Assembly: GCA_035637575.1 (NCBI GenBank)
Contig: DASPWY010000166.1
Coordinates: forward strand, 1 to 60,157
Origin: Candidatus Bathyarchaeia archaeon
GTDB taxonomy: Archaea > Thermoproteota > Bathyarchaeia > 40CM-2-53-6
Length of the DNA: 60,157 nt
Direction of reading: 5' to 3'
The notes beneath the pieces were generated by a model. The model was not told the origin of the DNA. It saw only the letters and a list, made by a program, of their open reading frames with translations, and made no database searches. A program made the translations under genes and the position numbers. Below, one piece after another: positions 1 to 8,435 of this stretch. Within the stretch, counting starts at the first letter, position 1, and each line of letters begins with the position of its first letter.

Positions 1-36
1 GAGCCTGCTGCTCTACCTGGCTGAGCCGCCCGGCCA
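1..36 (-). tRNA. Partial tRNA gene (5' half, cut by the window edge inside the anticodon loop)
   Basis: The reverse complement of 1-36 reads GGCCGGG-CG-GCTC-AGCCAGGTA-GAGC-A-GCAGG-CTC. That gives a 7-nt acceptor arm, a canonical D-arm (GCTC/GAGC with loop AGCCAGGTA), a 5-nt anticodon stem, then C32 U33 C34 at the window end. Position 8 is C rather than the usual U. The anticodon starts with C (CAU/Met possible) but cannot be determined. Confidence 0.5.
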
Positions 37-272
37 GACCCTCGATGATCCGGCTTACGGGCCCAGAAGACCCGCCAAGTGCGCCGCAACTCGAAGATTT
101 CTAATAAAGATTGTCGGAGTCTCCGAGAGCAGATTCCTTCCGGTTTGAGGACTGTAGACTTCCTTATCATCCGACTACGGTGTTCCTAGCCTAATTCTCT
201 GACGGTAACACAACCCTTCCGCGGCACGCTATCGTCCCCCCTCTGGAGAATACCATCGGCCGTCGAACCTAG

Positions 273-2261
273 ATGCTGACCAGACTACGCGCTTTAACCC
301 CCCTAGTAGCCCTAGCTCTGTCCATAATGTTAGTGGTCGCCCCGCCGGTCACAGGTGTGGCGCCTTATTCTCTAACGATCAGCCCCAGTGTCACGGTCAG
401 CCTGGGTAGTACGATCACCATGACTCTGGCCGTATCGGGTGGGACGAGGAATTCTGCCTATACTGTGATATTCGATGTCGTAAAACCCAACGGAACAGGG
501 AGTGCGACTGTACCCAGGACGATAACTACTGATAATCGTGGAAACGGTGCTGTGACGCAATTCTACTACGACCCATCATTTACGGCAGTCAGCGGGACGG
601 TCGCCACTGACGTCGGAGGTGTCTACAACGTGTATGTCAACCAAACCTCTCCAGCCAACATCGGCACGGTGGCTACAGGCACCTTCACAGTTAGCTCGAA
701 GCTGAACGTGGTAATTTCGGAGCCAGTTCAAGGAAATGTTTTGCAGAGGGGACAAACCGCAACCATCATCGCGACAGTAACGGCCCTCAGCGGACCCGAC
801 AATGCTGCAACCGTTTATACAAGCAGCCCATTGAATGCACCACTGACGCTGCAGCAGACAAGCCCTGGAGTCTACACCTACAACTATCTGGTGTCCAGCT
901 CAGATCCGATCGGGACCTGGACAATAGTTGTTCAAGCCAGCGATAACATAGGAAACTCTGGCATGAGTTCTCCGGTAAACATTACAATTGCAAAGAACGA
1001 CCTGATCATCGACTCCCTAGTAGCCTATAATTCGAAAGGAGATCCCTCGACAAGCTTCTCTCCCGGAGACACGATCCATGCCTTCTTCCGAATAAAATAC
1101 TCTATCGGCACCTCGTACTTGACCTCGGGACAATACGCAGTAGGCCTCAGAAACCCTTCCGGCACGCTCATCGCAAATCTCACCGCCGCTTATGACACTT
1201 CCCGTTTCGGATTCTACACGTCTACCGGGTATCCAGTCTCGACTTTCGACCCAGGCGGAACATGGACTTTGGCCGTGAGCCCAAACAGCATTAACGACGG
1301 ATCCGGAAACACTGGGCCCGACCTAGTAACCTCTGTTCCATTACAAGTAGTGACTTCGCCTCTGAGCTATTGGCCCTTCGTGGTCGCAGGAATTGTAGCC
1401 ATCTTAGGGGGCATCGTGACCGTAAGACGGTTTGATACTTCCCTCGAAGGATTTCAGCACTTGGAACAGATGATGGGCGGACCTCTACCAAGAGGCGCGA
1501 GCATACTCCTTCTTGGAGACGCTGGGAGCGGGAAGACGATACTTTCCTACCAGCTTCTTCACGACGAGTTGGAGTCAGGCCGATTATGTGCTCTGTTATC
1601 CTATGATGCCTTCCCCGAAGATGTTCAAGCGAGAATGACAGAGTTTGGTTGGGACATTATCTCTCACCTCAGAAAGGGCCGTCTGAAGATCATTGACTGC
1701 TATTCTGGTTTGGCGGGTCAGGGCGAGGGGGCCATCAAGGATCCGTCGGACCTCACTGAGCTGAATATCCAGATCACGTCCTTCATCGCCAAGGCCAAGG
1801 GGGGCCCCGTCACTGTAGTGTTGGACTCGCTAACCCCAATTTTTAACGGGGTTGACGAGAAACAGGCGATCAATTTCATCCAGACGCTCGGTGCGAAGGT
1901 GAAGAAGACAGGTGGATTGTTCATAGCGACTGCTTCAAGGGGCGCGATTCCTGATGACGCTGCTGCGAAGCTCAAGACCATGGTAGAAGGTGTTTTCGAA
2001 CTTGGTATTGTCAGGTCTAGAGGAAAATCGCATCGGTTTCTCACGGTTCCGAAGATGGAGAGAAGACGGATCTCGTCGGATTCGGTGCCCTTCCAGATCG
2101 ACCGGACCAGAGGTTTCGTATTCCGGGTTTCGCGCTTGAGATTGTTGAAGAAACGGTTTTTCGACCTATTGGCCCAGCATCACCTACTTCATAGCTCTGA
2201 ATCTGGTGAGAACAAGCCGAAGCCCCCACCTATCAAGGGACCTCCTGCTCGACCACGCTGA
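273..2261 (+). CDS. Membrane-anchored KaiC/RecA-like P-loop ATPase with an exported beta-sandwich-repeat ectodomain
   Basis: 662-aa ORF. It has an N-terminal hydrophobic signal/anchor (LTPLVALALSIMLVVAPPV). A ~340-aa Thr/Ser/Val-rich ectodomain follows, with three repeats each ending in a G-x-[YW]-[NT]-[VIL]-x-V strand (GVYNVYV, GTWTIVV, GTWTLAV). There is one TM helix (WPFVVAGIVAILGGIVTV). The cytoplasmic domain carries Walker A LLLGDAGSGKT and a Walker B-like VTVVLDS, as in single-domain archaeal KaiC-like ATPases. Confidence 0.8.
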   Translation: MLTRLRALTPLVALALSIMLVVAPPVTGVAPYSLTISPSVTVSLGSTITMTLAVSGGTRNSAYTVIFDVVKPNGTGSATVPRTITTDNRGNGAVTQFYYDPSFTAVSGTVATDVGGVYNVYVNQTSPANIGTVATGTFTVSSKLNVVISEPVQGNVLQRGQTATIIATVTALSGPDNAATVYTSSPLNAPLTLQQTSPGVYTYNYLVSSSDPIGTWTIVVQASDNIGNSGMSSPVNITIAKNDLIIDSLVAYNSKGDPSTSFSPGDTIHAFFRIKYSIGTSYLTSGQYAVGLRNPSGTLIANLTAAYDTSRFGFYTSTGYPVSTFDPGGTWTLAVSPNSINDGSGNTGPDLVTSVPLQVVTSPLSYWPFVVAGIVAILGGIVTVRRFDTSLEGFQHLEQMMGGPLPRGASILLLGDAGSGKTILSYQLLHDELESGRLCALLSYDAFPEDVQARMTEFGWDIISHLRKGRLKIIDCYSGLAGQGEGAIKDPSDLTELNIQITSFIAKAKGGPVTVVLDSLTPIFNGVDEKQAINFIQTLGAKVKKTGGLFIATASRGAIPDDAAAKLKTMVEGVFELGIVRSRGKSHRFLTVPKMERRRISSDSVPFQIDRTRGFVFRVSRLRLLKKRFFDLLAQHHLLHSSESGENKPKPPPIKGPPARPR

Positions 2262-2384
2262 ACAACAGGGAAACTAACCGGATCTATCTGAGGATAGACT
2301 GACCCGTATTCGTCTCGCCACGGTTTCGCTTCAAGTAGTACTACTGCGCTGGCATCAGTTCGTGAGAAGGGTCGGAGGGAACAA

Positions 2385-2834
2385 CTAGAATGCTACAGGG
2401 CGCTGCTCTTCCTGTTTGCCCGAGGCCTCTTGGTTGATCATGTCGTATTTTGCCCTCACGAGCTCCATGAACGGAACTAGGTCCTTCGACGATCGAAGGG
2501 TAAACGCTGCCCATGTGCGTTTTTTGACTTGGTCTCTGGTTCTCCAGTCAATTGACTGGTCTTCGACTATTTTGGTCCGGGCCTTCTGGTCGGCGTGGAG
2601 CGTTGCGCTGATCTCTTCTCCTCTAGCGTGGACGTGGAAGAGTTGTCTGCTGCCGTAGAAGAACGCGGGTATCGGTTCCCTCGTGTGCTTCTCGTACTGT
2701 ACCTTCATGGTCACGCCTTTCATTTGTCTCATTCTGGTTCTCAGGACTTGGAAAAGGGTCCATGTCTGGGGTTGTACTCTGTCGGCTATGAAGGAGAGGT
2801 CTGTGGTTTCGATATGGGGCATTCTTGTAGCCAC
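2385..2834 (-). CDS. Hypothetical protein (149 aa)
   Basis: Long ORF with normal amino-acid composition. The opposite-strand ORFs (2416-2658, 2595-2855) look like shadow ORFs. I do not confidently recognise a family. Confidence 0.55.
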   Translation of the reverse strand: MATRMPHIETTDLSFIADRVQPQTWTLFQVLRTRMRQMKGVTMKVQYEKHTREPIPAFFYGSRQLFHVHARGEEISATLHADQKARTKIVEDQSIDWRTRDQVKKRTWAAFTLRSSKDLVPFMELVRAKYDMINQEASGKQEEQRPVAF

Positions 2835-3037
2835 TCCGTGACGCTATTCTACTAAAAAAGGTATATTGTTGCGTTGTTCAACCGAAAATCCAGCACTAAA
2901 GACAGACTATGCACTCTGCTGAAGCCACTAGGACCCGCTCACCATTCGTACTGATGGGGTAGCTGAAGTCCTACTGGAAAGATTCGGACCCAAGAATCCA
3001 TCAACGCAAGCCCAGATCTCGATTTCCAACCCTCAAC

Positions 3038-3069
3038 GTTACCATTCACGGTTACCAAACCCGTTACCA
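3038..3069. repeat. Three direct copies of GTTACCA at 13- and 12-nt spacing
   Basis: GTTACCA occurs at 3038-3044, 3051-3057 and 3063-3069. All three lie in the 458-bp non-coding region upstream of the minus-strand gene that starts at 2834. Confidence 0.7.
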
Positions 3070-3202
3070 ACCGGGAATTCGCAAAAGCAATTGATCCTCG
3101 CGACATAGAACTAGTCTTTGGAGGAACCCTCCACCGTTGGAGACGAGCAGATTTGTTATCTTTTCCTTTCTGTTAACTATTTTTTTCTGTTATCTTTTTC
3201 TC

Positions 3203-3235
3203 GACCCCCCCCGGGGTCTCTCAAAACAAAAAAAG
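3203..3235 (-). terminator. Likely terminator of the 3293-3886 gene (hairpin plus oligo-T on the minus strand)
   Basis: The minus strand reads TTTTTTTGTTTT (complement of 3223-3234). This is followed by a perfect GACCCC-CCCC-GGGGTC hairpin (3203-3218). The plus strand also carries T7/T5 tracts at 3179-3199, so the element is bidirectional. Confidence 0.5.
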
Positions 3236-3292
3236 TCCTTCACACTTTACAGACCGCGCCCAGAGAAACCAGGTCTCTCTCAGAGAAGCCCG

Positions 3293-3886
3293 TTAGACTT
3301 TGAGGCCTTTCTTGAGATTCTCTTTAGGCTCGTACTCAAGCATCATCGCGGGTGCTTGTGATTCCGTTTCCTCACCCTTCTTGCGAGAAGTAATCGCGAC
3401 CGGGGTGAACCCGCTTGAGATAGCATAGCTCGTCGAATCCTCCCCCTTCTCAGTACAATGAACGAGAAGCTTGTAGAGCGGCTGTCTATGCGTAAACACC
3501 ATCTTCGTAGCCTCAACCCCAACAACAATACCACGAGCACCACACAATGAACATGTCAGACCCTCATGCCGTGCAATCTTCAGACCACAATTGGGACACC
3601 AGATATCCTCGTCCCTCCGCGCGATGAAGATAGACTGCCAGACTCCCAAATGCTTCTTCGGACTACAAACCTCCCACTCCGTAACACTCAGTCTAACAGG
3701 TCTGAATGCCCAGGCCGCTTCCTCTCTCCATCGAGATAGATATTCGGCCTTCTCTTCGCAGCCCTTGTGATAGTAGCTTCTCTTCCCTTCTTGGCTGAAG
3801 GCAGCAGATACCGGCTCGTCGCGATGAATTATTCCCGAACAGGCGCTGCAGTTGACCATTTTTCCGAGTCGATAATGAAAAGGCAT
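3293..3886 (-). CDS. Cys-rich zinc-ribbon-containing hypothetical protein (197 aa)
   Basis: The ORF has CxxC pairs (CSACSG ... HKGC; CPNCG ... CSLCG) typical of zinc ribbons. No family was recognised. Confidence 0.6.
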   Translation of the reverse strand: MPFHYRLGKMVNCSACSGIIHRDEPVSAAFSQEGKRSYYHKGCEEKAEYLSRWREEAAWAFRPVRLSVTEWEVCSPKKHLGVWQSIFIARRDEDIWCPNCGLKIARHEGLTCSLCGARGIVVGVEATKMVFTHRQPLYKLLVHCTEKGEDSTSYAISSGFTPVAITSRKKGEETESQAPAMMLEYEPKENLKKGLKV

Positions 3887-3924
3887 TTGACGGATATCAG
3901 AGCAGTGTTACTCTAGACTTGAGG

Positions 3925-4182
3925 CTAGAAATCGACGAGCTCGAGGAACTTTAGAGCATCTAACAGTCCCTCAGCATACGCTATACAAGCGAGGGATGTG
4001 ACCGGTTTCCGCTTTTCTGCGTAGTGTCGAGCATCCTTCACGTAGCCTCGTATCATTTCGAGGACAAAGTCGAACTGCGACTGTGCCACCGACGCCGGAA
4101 GCTTTCTTGCGCTCATACTCTTCAGAGAGGCAGACGTGGACTCGACATACTTGGCGGCTCTATCAGACGCGCTCTCTTTCAA
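3925..4182 (-). CDS. Small archaeal protein, DUF357-like
   Basis: 85 aa, with a C-terminal motif (ACIAYAEGLLDAL) that resembles the DUF357 family as I recall it. The TTG start overlaps the dphB stop (TTGA), which implies an operon. Confidence 0.5.
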   Translation of the reverse strand: MKESASDRAAKYVESTSASLKSMSARKLPASVAQSQFDFVLEMIRGYVKDARHYAEKRKPVTSLACIAYAEGLLDALKFLELVDF

Positions 4183-4955
4183 CTTAGTTCTCGTAGATCT
4201 TCGTGGCTAGCTCCACAGAGTAATTCAAGCGCCTCTCCTTCCATGAAGTGAAGCCTACCCACCACGATTATTGATTGCGGACCATTCCCGAAGTCTTCCT
4301 CGATCAGAGCCTTCATTCTGGATGCTTTGACCCTCTCATCCTTGGAACCGAGATTCCCAAGTCCGACGGTCAGACGGGTTTCGAGGCGAGGATCGGCCGT
4401 TGTAATTTTTGTAATCGCGTCTCGGATGGTCATTTGAGAAGTTTTCCCGGCTTGAACGTCTAGGAGAATTAGGGTGTGGAGGCCGCGGTCGCTGTTCTCC
4501 GAGATCGTGTCGAGCACAGATTTTGGAAGTGGCTGGTCGCGAGGCACTGTGATAGATTTGCCGAACTTGTAGCTTTGAAGACCTGTAGCGCCACATACCG
4601 CGGACACAATGGAGGGTGCGTGGATGACTCGCGACGCGATACCCATTTTTGCAAGTGAGAGCCTCAAGGAGATATGGGTAGTTGCAATCAAAGGGTCTCC
4701 TGGAACCAGAAAGGCAACACTTTCCCTACTTGCGGCCCTCAACAATTTTTCGCCCCCTTCGTCTTCAAGTTGGCTTCTGCTAAGCACCTCGACTTTCTTT
4801 CCAATCTCCTTCTCGAAACGCTTCAGATCAAAGTTGGGCATGATATTCGTGTAGAATTCTCCGTACGCGGAGTCGGCCAGTCGCGCCTCTTCAAGTCCTT
4901 CAATTGTGATGCCCTTTTCGTCATTCAATCCTAAGCCTATGAAGGTCAACGGCAT
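4179..4955 (-). CDS. dphB: Diphthine synthase
   Basis: The N-terminus MPLTFIGLGLNDEKGITIEGLE and the overall tetrapyrrole-methylase-like pattern (GDPLIATTH) match Dph5/DphB. The ATG at 4955 is preferred over the upstream TTG at 4970 in the ORF track. Confidence 0.9.
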   Translation of the reverse strand: MPLTFIGLGLNDEKGITIEGLEEARLADSAYGEFYTNIMPNFDLKRFEKEIGKKVEVLSRSQLEDEGGEKLLRAASRESVAFLVPGDPLIATTHISLRLSLAKMGIASRVIHAPSIVSAVCGATGLQSYKFGKSITVPRDQPLPKSVLDTISENSDRGLHTLILLDVQAGKTSQMTIRDAITKITTADPRLETRLTVGLGNLGSKDERVKASRMKALIEEDFGNGPQSIIVVGRLHFMEGEALELLCGASHEDLRELS

Positions 4956-5110
4956 GCGGTAGCAAAGCAATAGCTAGCCTAAATTGACTTCTCGAGTGAC
5001 AGAACAAAACAACTTTGTTAGTGATTAAGTTCAGTGACAGCCTCTCGGCAAAGCTGTAAGACTGGACCGTCCACAAAGAAGCAAGGATTTGTAATCAGGT
5101 GTGAGAGCAG

Positions 5111-5389
5111 ATGCGTGAACACCCGCTAAGATCGATTCTCTCGAGAGCGCTTCGAGGTCGAGCTGACTCGTCAGAGGTCGATCTTGTCTATCTCCACCGC
5201 GGAGCCCCCGAGAACCAAGTTCGAATCAGAGTCTCGTCCATATCCCACCTAGGAAAAGGATCGTTCACGCTAAGCGACGGCGAGACTCAGATCCCTTTTC
5301 ACCGAGTACTCTGCGTGACGGATCTGCGATCTGAGACTATTCTCTGGGAGAAACGGAAACCTCTGCACGCTTCAAGCCCAGACCGCTAA
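5111..5389 (+). CDS. MJ1316/DUF504-family protein (predicted RNA cyclic-end recognition domain)
   Basis: 92 aa with the family-typical IPFHRV motif and size. It converges on rtcA, and the 3' ends overlap by 53 nt. Confidence 0.6.
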   Translation: MREHPLRSILSRALRGRADSSEVDLVYLHRGAPENQVRIRVSSISHLGKGSFTLSDGETQIPFHRVLCVTDLRSETILWEKRKPLHASSPDR

Positions 5390-6419
5390 CCCGCAACCAA
5401 CCTGGCATCCCAACCTGTGGCAGAGAATCGAATTGGACCCCGGCGACCTGCTCAGCCACCTTAACGTTCGTCAACGTGTGCATAGTAACCTGAGAAAGAG
5501 AGAGATCAGAAACGCCCTCCGCCAAAGCCGCATAAGGCACAATCATATCTCCCATGTGCCTGTCCAGAAAAGCCCCAGAGCCCAATTCTTCCAAAAGTTT
5601 CTTCGCCGCGTCTTCTCCGACTACCTCGGCAGGTCGACCCCTCTCTCCCAGACTGTCCGCGCCCAACACCCCTCCCTTGCTAGTGGTAGCGCATATGACG
5701 ATGCCGCTACCCGGACCTAGCTGCGTATTGTTCTCTGAAGCATCAATCTCGATCTTCGGACGTGGGAAGCTCTTCCTTTCGATGACACGTGTCAAGGCCG
5801 AGGCTTGTCTTTCGGCTACGCGAATCGGTAGCTTCACAGAGTGACTGACCCCAGTGATCGCAATCACGTCTCCACCATCCTTCCCAACGATATTCTTCAA
5901 GACGGATACAGGAGTCGCGGTGATTCTTACTACTCCGCCTCCCCTAGGATAGTGCCCTCTGCGAAGGACAAGAATTGACGCGTGAACACTCATTCTCTCG
6001 AGTAAGGGTAGTGTAACTAGTCGAAGATAGTCGATTGGGGGACTCCATTTGACATCTGTCCCGCCTGTAATCTCAAGCTCTACGGTTCCCGGAGTAAAGG
6101 GGAGCATTGGCATCAAGGTCTGAAGGACCAGAGTTATGCTGCCTGCCGTACCGACATCGAAACGGAAGGATCCGGCCTTCAATACTCCGGGGCTGAAGAT
6201 GAACTCTGTTGAGCCAACCTGGAGACCTTTGGAGGATGCGCCACAGATCTCTGTGACTGCCTTTACGCTTGTAAGATGTTGGGCTTTCAATCCAGGCTCA
6301 ATCCTCCCAGCTCTGATGTTGAAGATTCGGACCTCACGTCTGAGGATTGCGGCGAGAGCCAGAGAGGTCCGAAGAACCTGTCCGCCTCCCTCGCCCATGC
6401 TTCCGTCTATCTCGATCAT
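5337..6419 (-). CDS. rtcA: RNA 3'-terminal phosphate cyclase
   Basis: MIEIDGSMGEGGGQVLRTSLALAAIL and PGLKAQHL are hallmark RtcA motifs. The ATG at 6419 matches the family N-terminus. The ORF-track start at 6476 adds 19 non-conserved residues. Confidence 0.9.
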   Translation of the reverse strand: MIEIDGSMGEGGGQVLRTSLALAAILRREVRIFNIRAGRIEPGLKAQHLTSVKAVTEICGASSKGLQVGSTEFIFSPGVLKAGSFRFDVGTAGSITLVLQTLMPMLPFTPGTVELEITGGTDVKWSPPIDYLRLVTLPLLERMSVHASILVLRRGHYPRGGGVVRITATPVSVLKNIVGKDGGDVIAITGVSHSVKLPIRVAERQASALTRVIERKSFPRPKIEIDASENNTQLGPGSGIVICATTSKGGVLGADSLGERGRPAEVVGEDAAKKLLEELGSGAFLDRHMGDMIVPYAALAEGVSDLSLSQVTMHTLTNVKVAEQVAGVQFDSLPQVGMPGWLRVSGLGLKRAEVSVSPRE

Positions 6420-6444
6420 TTTCCAGCCGAGCATAACCCCATTG

Positions 6445-6450
6445 TTTAAA
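6445..6450. promoter_or_regulatory. Palindromic TATA-like element (TTTAAA) between divergent rtcA and ogt
   Basis: TTTAAA is centred ~28 nt from the rtcA ATG (6419) and ~31 nt from the ogt ATG (6479). This spacing fits archaeal TATA-to-TSS distances and leaderless mRNAs in both directions. Confidence 0.4.
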
Positions 6451-6478
6451 GAGAGTGTGCACTCAACAGACTCCAATC

Positions 6479-7054
6479 ATGGAGAACCTTCGACTATCGA
6501 TCGAAAAGTCTGAGGAGATGTCTTTCGGTTGTCTCGTTGACCAACGAGACAGACTTGTGGCTTCCTCCTTCGGTTCTAACTCCCCGCTTGTTGAGAGACA
6601 CCTCGTTGAGTATTCAACCAAGACTATCCTCAAATCCTTCACACGTACCAATCACTGGCTTGCCAAGGAAATGATCAGACGATTTGAGGGAGCGAAGAAC
6701 CCGAAAAATGTGAACCTCAACAGAGCCTTCGTTTCTACCCATCAGGCCAAAGTCTGCGGCGTCCTTGAGAAGATTCCCGCGGGCAAGGTCACAACATATG
6801 GACTAATCTCAGATCACATCGGCTCGGCCCCAAGAGCTGTTGGCGGAGCCGTCGGTTCGAATCCATGGTCAATCTTCGTTCCATGCCACCGCGTAGTCCC
6901 TGTCAGTCTAACCATAGGTAACTATTCACTATGCGGGACCCTTGGAGAAAGCGGGAGCGTGACGAAGCGTAAGTTGTTAGTGCGCGAAGGAGTGCCGATC
7001 GACGATGACAGGATCGATTCAGCAGCTCTCTGGAATCCATCCGAAGGCGCCTGA
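6479..7054 (+). CDS. ogt: Methylated-DNA-protein-cysteine methyltransferase (O6-alkylguanine alkyltransferase)
   Basis: It has the active-site PCHRVV motif preceded by TTYGLISDHIGSAPRAVGGAVGSNP. The ATG at 6479 is preferred. A GTG at 6455 is possible but would overlap the TATA-like element. Confidence 0.85.
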   Translation: MENLRLSIEKSEEMSFGCLVDQRDRLVASSFGSNSPLVERHLVEYSTKTILKSFTRTNHWLAKEMIRRFEGAKNPKNVNLNRAFVSTHQAKVCGVLEKIPAGKVTTYGLISDHIGSAPRAVGGAVGSNPWSIFVPCHRVVPVSLTIGNYSLCGTLGESGSVTKRKLLVREGVPIDDDRIDSAALWNPSEGA

Positions 7055-7579
7055 TTGTCAACCGGCCTCTACGTTGGTAGATTCCAGCCATTCCACCTAG
7101 GCCATCTGGAGGCGGTGAAGTATATTCTTGAACGAGTCGATGAGCTGATAATTGTCGTGGGCAGTGCCCAGCACAGCCACACCTTAGACAACCCGTTTAC
7201 TGCCGGAGAACGAATTACAATGATAAGGCTGGCCCTCAAACAAGCGGGGATTCGCCCTGATCGTTTCACCGTTATTCCTCTTCCCGACGATGAGTTCCAC
7301 AAAGTCTGGGTCGCTCATCTGCTATCTCAGACTCCAAGCTTCGACGTCGTCTACACTAATGAACCTCTAACCTTTCGATTACTCAAAGAAGCGGGTCTAA
7401 GGGTCGAGCGCATTCCCATGTTCAGCCGCAAAAAGTTCACGTCAACAGAAGTCAGGAGAAGATTGTTGACTAACGGGCCGTGGCAAGAACTCGTTCCAAA
7501 GTCCGTCGCCAGCTACCTGAAAAAGATCGATGGTGATGAACGCCTGAGGGACATCTCAAAGAGCGACAAGGCTGGCTAA
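7055..7579 (+). CDS. Nicotinamide-nucleotide adenylyltransferase (archaeal type)
   Basis: GRFQPFHLGHLEAVKYIL (the HxGH nucleotidyltransferase motif) and a ~170-aa size fit this family. The start codon is TTG. Confidence 0.9.
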   Translation: MSTGLYVGRFQPFHLGHLEAVKYILERVDELIIVVGSAQHSHTLDNPFTAGERITMIRLALKQAGIRPDRFTVIPLPDDEFHKVWVAHLLSQTPSFDVVYTNEPLTFRLLKEAGLRVERIPMFSRKKFTSTEVRRRLLTNGPWQELVPKSVASYLKKIDGDERLRDISKSDKAG

Positions 7580-8367
7580 AATCGAATCTCGACCTGATCC
7601 AATGGTTTGAGCCCAAGCCTAGCCGCAGCGCTGCTCTCACTCATCGCGATTTCGAAATATCCTTGACTTCCCAAGATAATTCCAAGCTGGTCACTGTGAA
7701 TCTTCGAGTACGCTCTAGCTATCGACGCAGAGGAACGTCCGTGCATCGTTTTCACTTCTAGTCGACGATCCTCGTGCAAGCCTAATCGCAGAAACTCCTC
7801 TTCGCCCAAATTCAAAATCACGTTGCCGAAAGAATCAACATGAAGAACTGTGCACCTCATTCCTTCATCCGAAACGCCTACGCTGGGGATGTCGAGCCTC
7901 ACAAGCTCTTTGACTACAGCTCCGACAGCGTCAGGCCACAATCGGTCTGCCAGTTCCGCAGCCATCCTCGCGAACACATCCCTTCCATGGAAGGTTGCAG
8001 AGACCTTCTTACCCTTGAATCGCGAACTGTCTATTTGATACGCTGCCTTGAAACCAAGTCTCTCAGCAGCTCTGACGAGAAGACCATTATCGGGTCCAAC
8101 AAGGACTCCAAGCTTGCACAGCACTACCAAGGGCAGTCTCTCAGTTCCAACACCAGGGTCGACAACGGCTACATGTATCGAGCCCTGACGGAAGTAAGGC
8201 AGTGCCGTTTCGAGGATGAAAGACCCCATCGCGATGTTATGACGTTCAATTCCATGCGACACATCAACAATCCTAAGATCAGGATTGGTGCTAAGAATAA
8301 CTCCTTTCATTTCGGCGACATAGGGATCAGTCAATCCGAAATCAGAGAGCAGAGTTATCGTGACCAT
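7576..8367 (-). CDS. SAM hydroxide adenosyltransferase / SAM hydrolase (DUF62, chlorinase-fluorinase family)
   Basis: The N-terminus ITLLSDFGLTDPYVAEMKGVIL and the VDPGVGT motif match this family. Confidence 0.85.
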   Translation of the reverse strand: MVTITLLSDFGLTDPYVAEMKGVILSTNPDLRIVDVSHGIERHNIAMGSFILETALPYFRQGSIHVAVVDPGVGTERLPLVVLCKLGVLVGPDNGLLVRAAERLGFKAAYQIDSSRFKGKKVSATFHGRDVFARMAAELADRLWPDAVGAVVKELVRLDIPSVGVSDEGMRCTVLHVDSFGNVILNLGEEEFLRLGLHEDRRLEVKTMHGRSSASIARAYSKIHSDQLGIILGSQGYFEIAMSESSAAARLGLKPLDQVEIRF

Positions 8368-8435
8368 TGAATCCTGTCATGTTGAGAGCTAATCCTTAAA
8401 AGAACCAGGCCTCGGGCTCGCGTTTCATCACATGG

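Noticed and set aside
2976-2991. GGAAAGATTCGGACCC resembles the RNase P RNA CR-I/P4 segment (GAGGAAAGUCCGGGC), and it sits in a ~450-bp non-coding region of about the right size.
   Set aside because: I could not find the other universally conserved RNase P blocks (an ACAGAAnCCGGCUUA-like CR-V, or the CR-II/III motifs) on either strand. The match itself has several mismatches.
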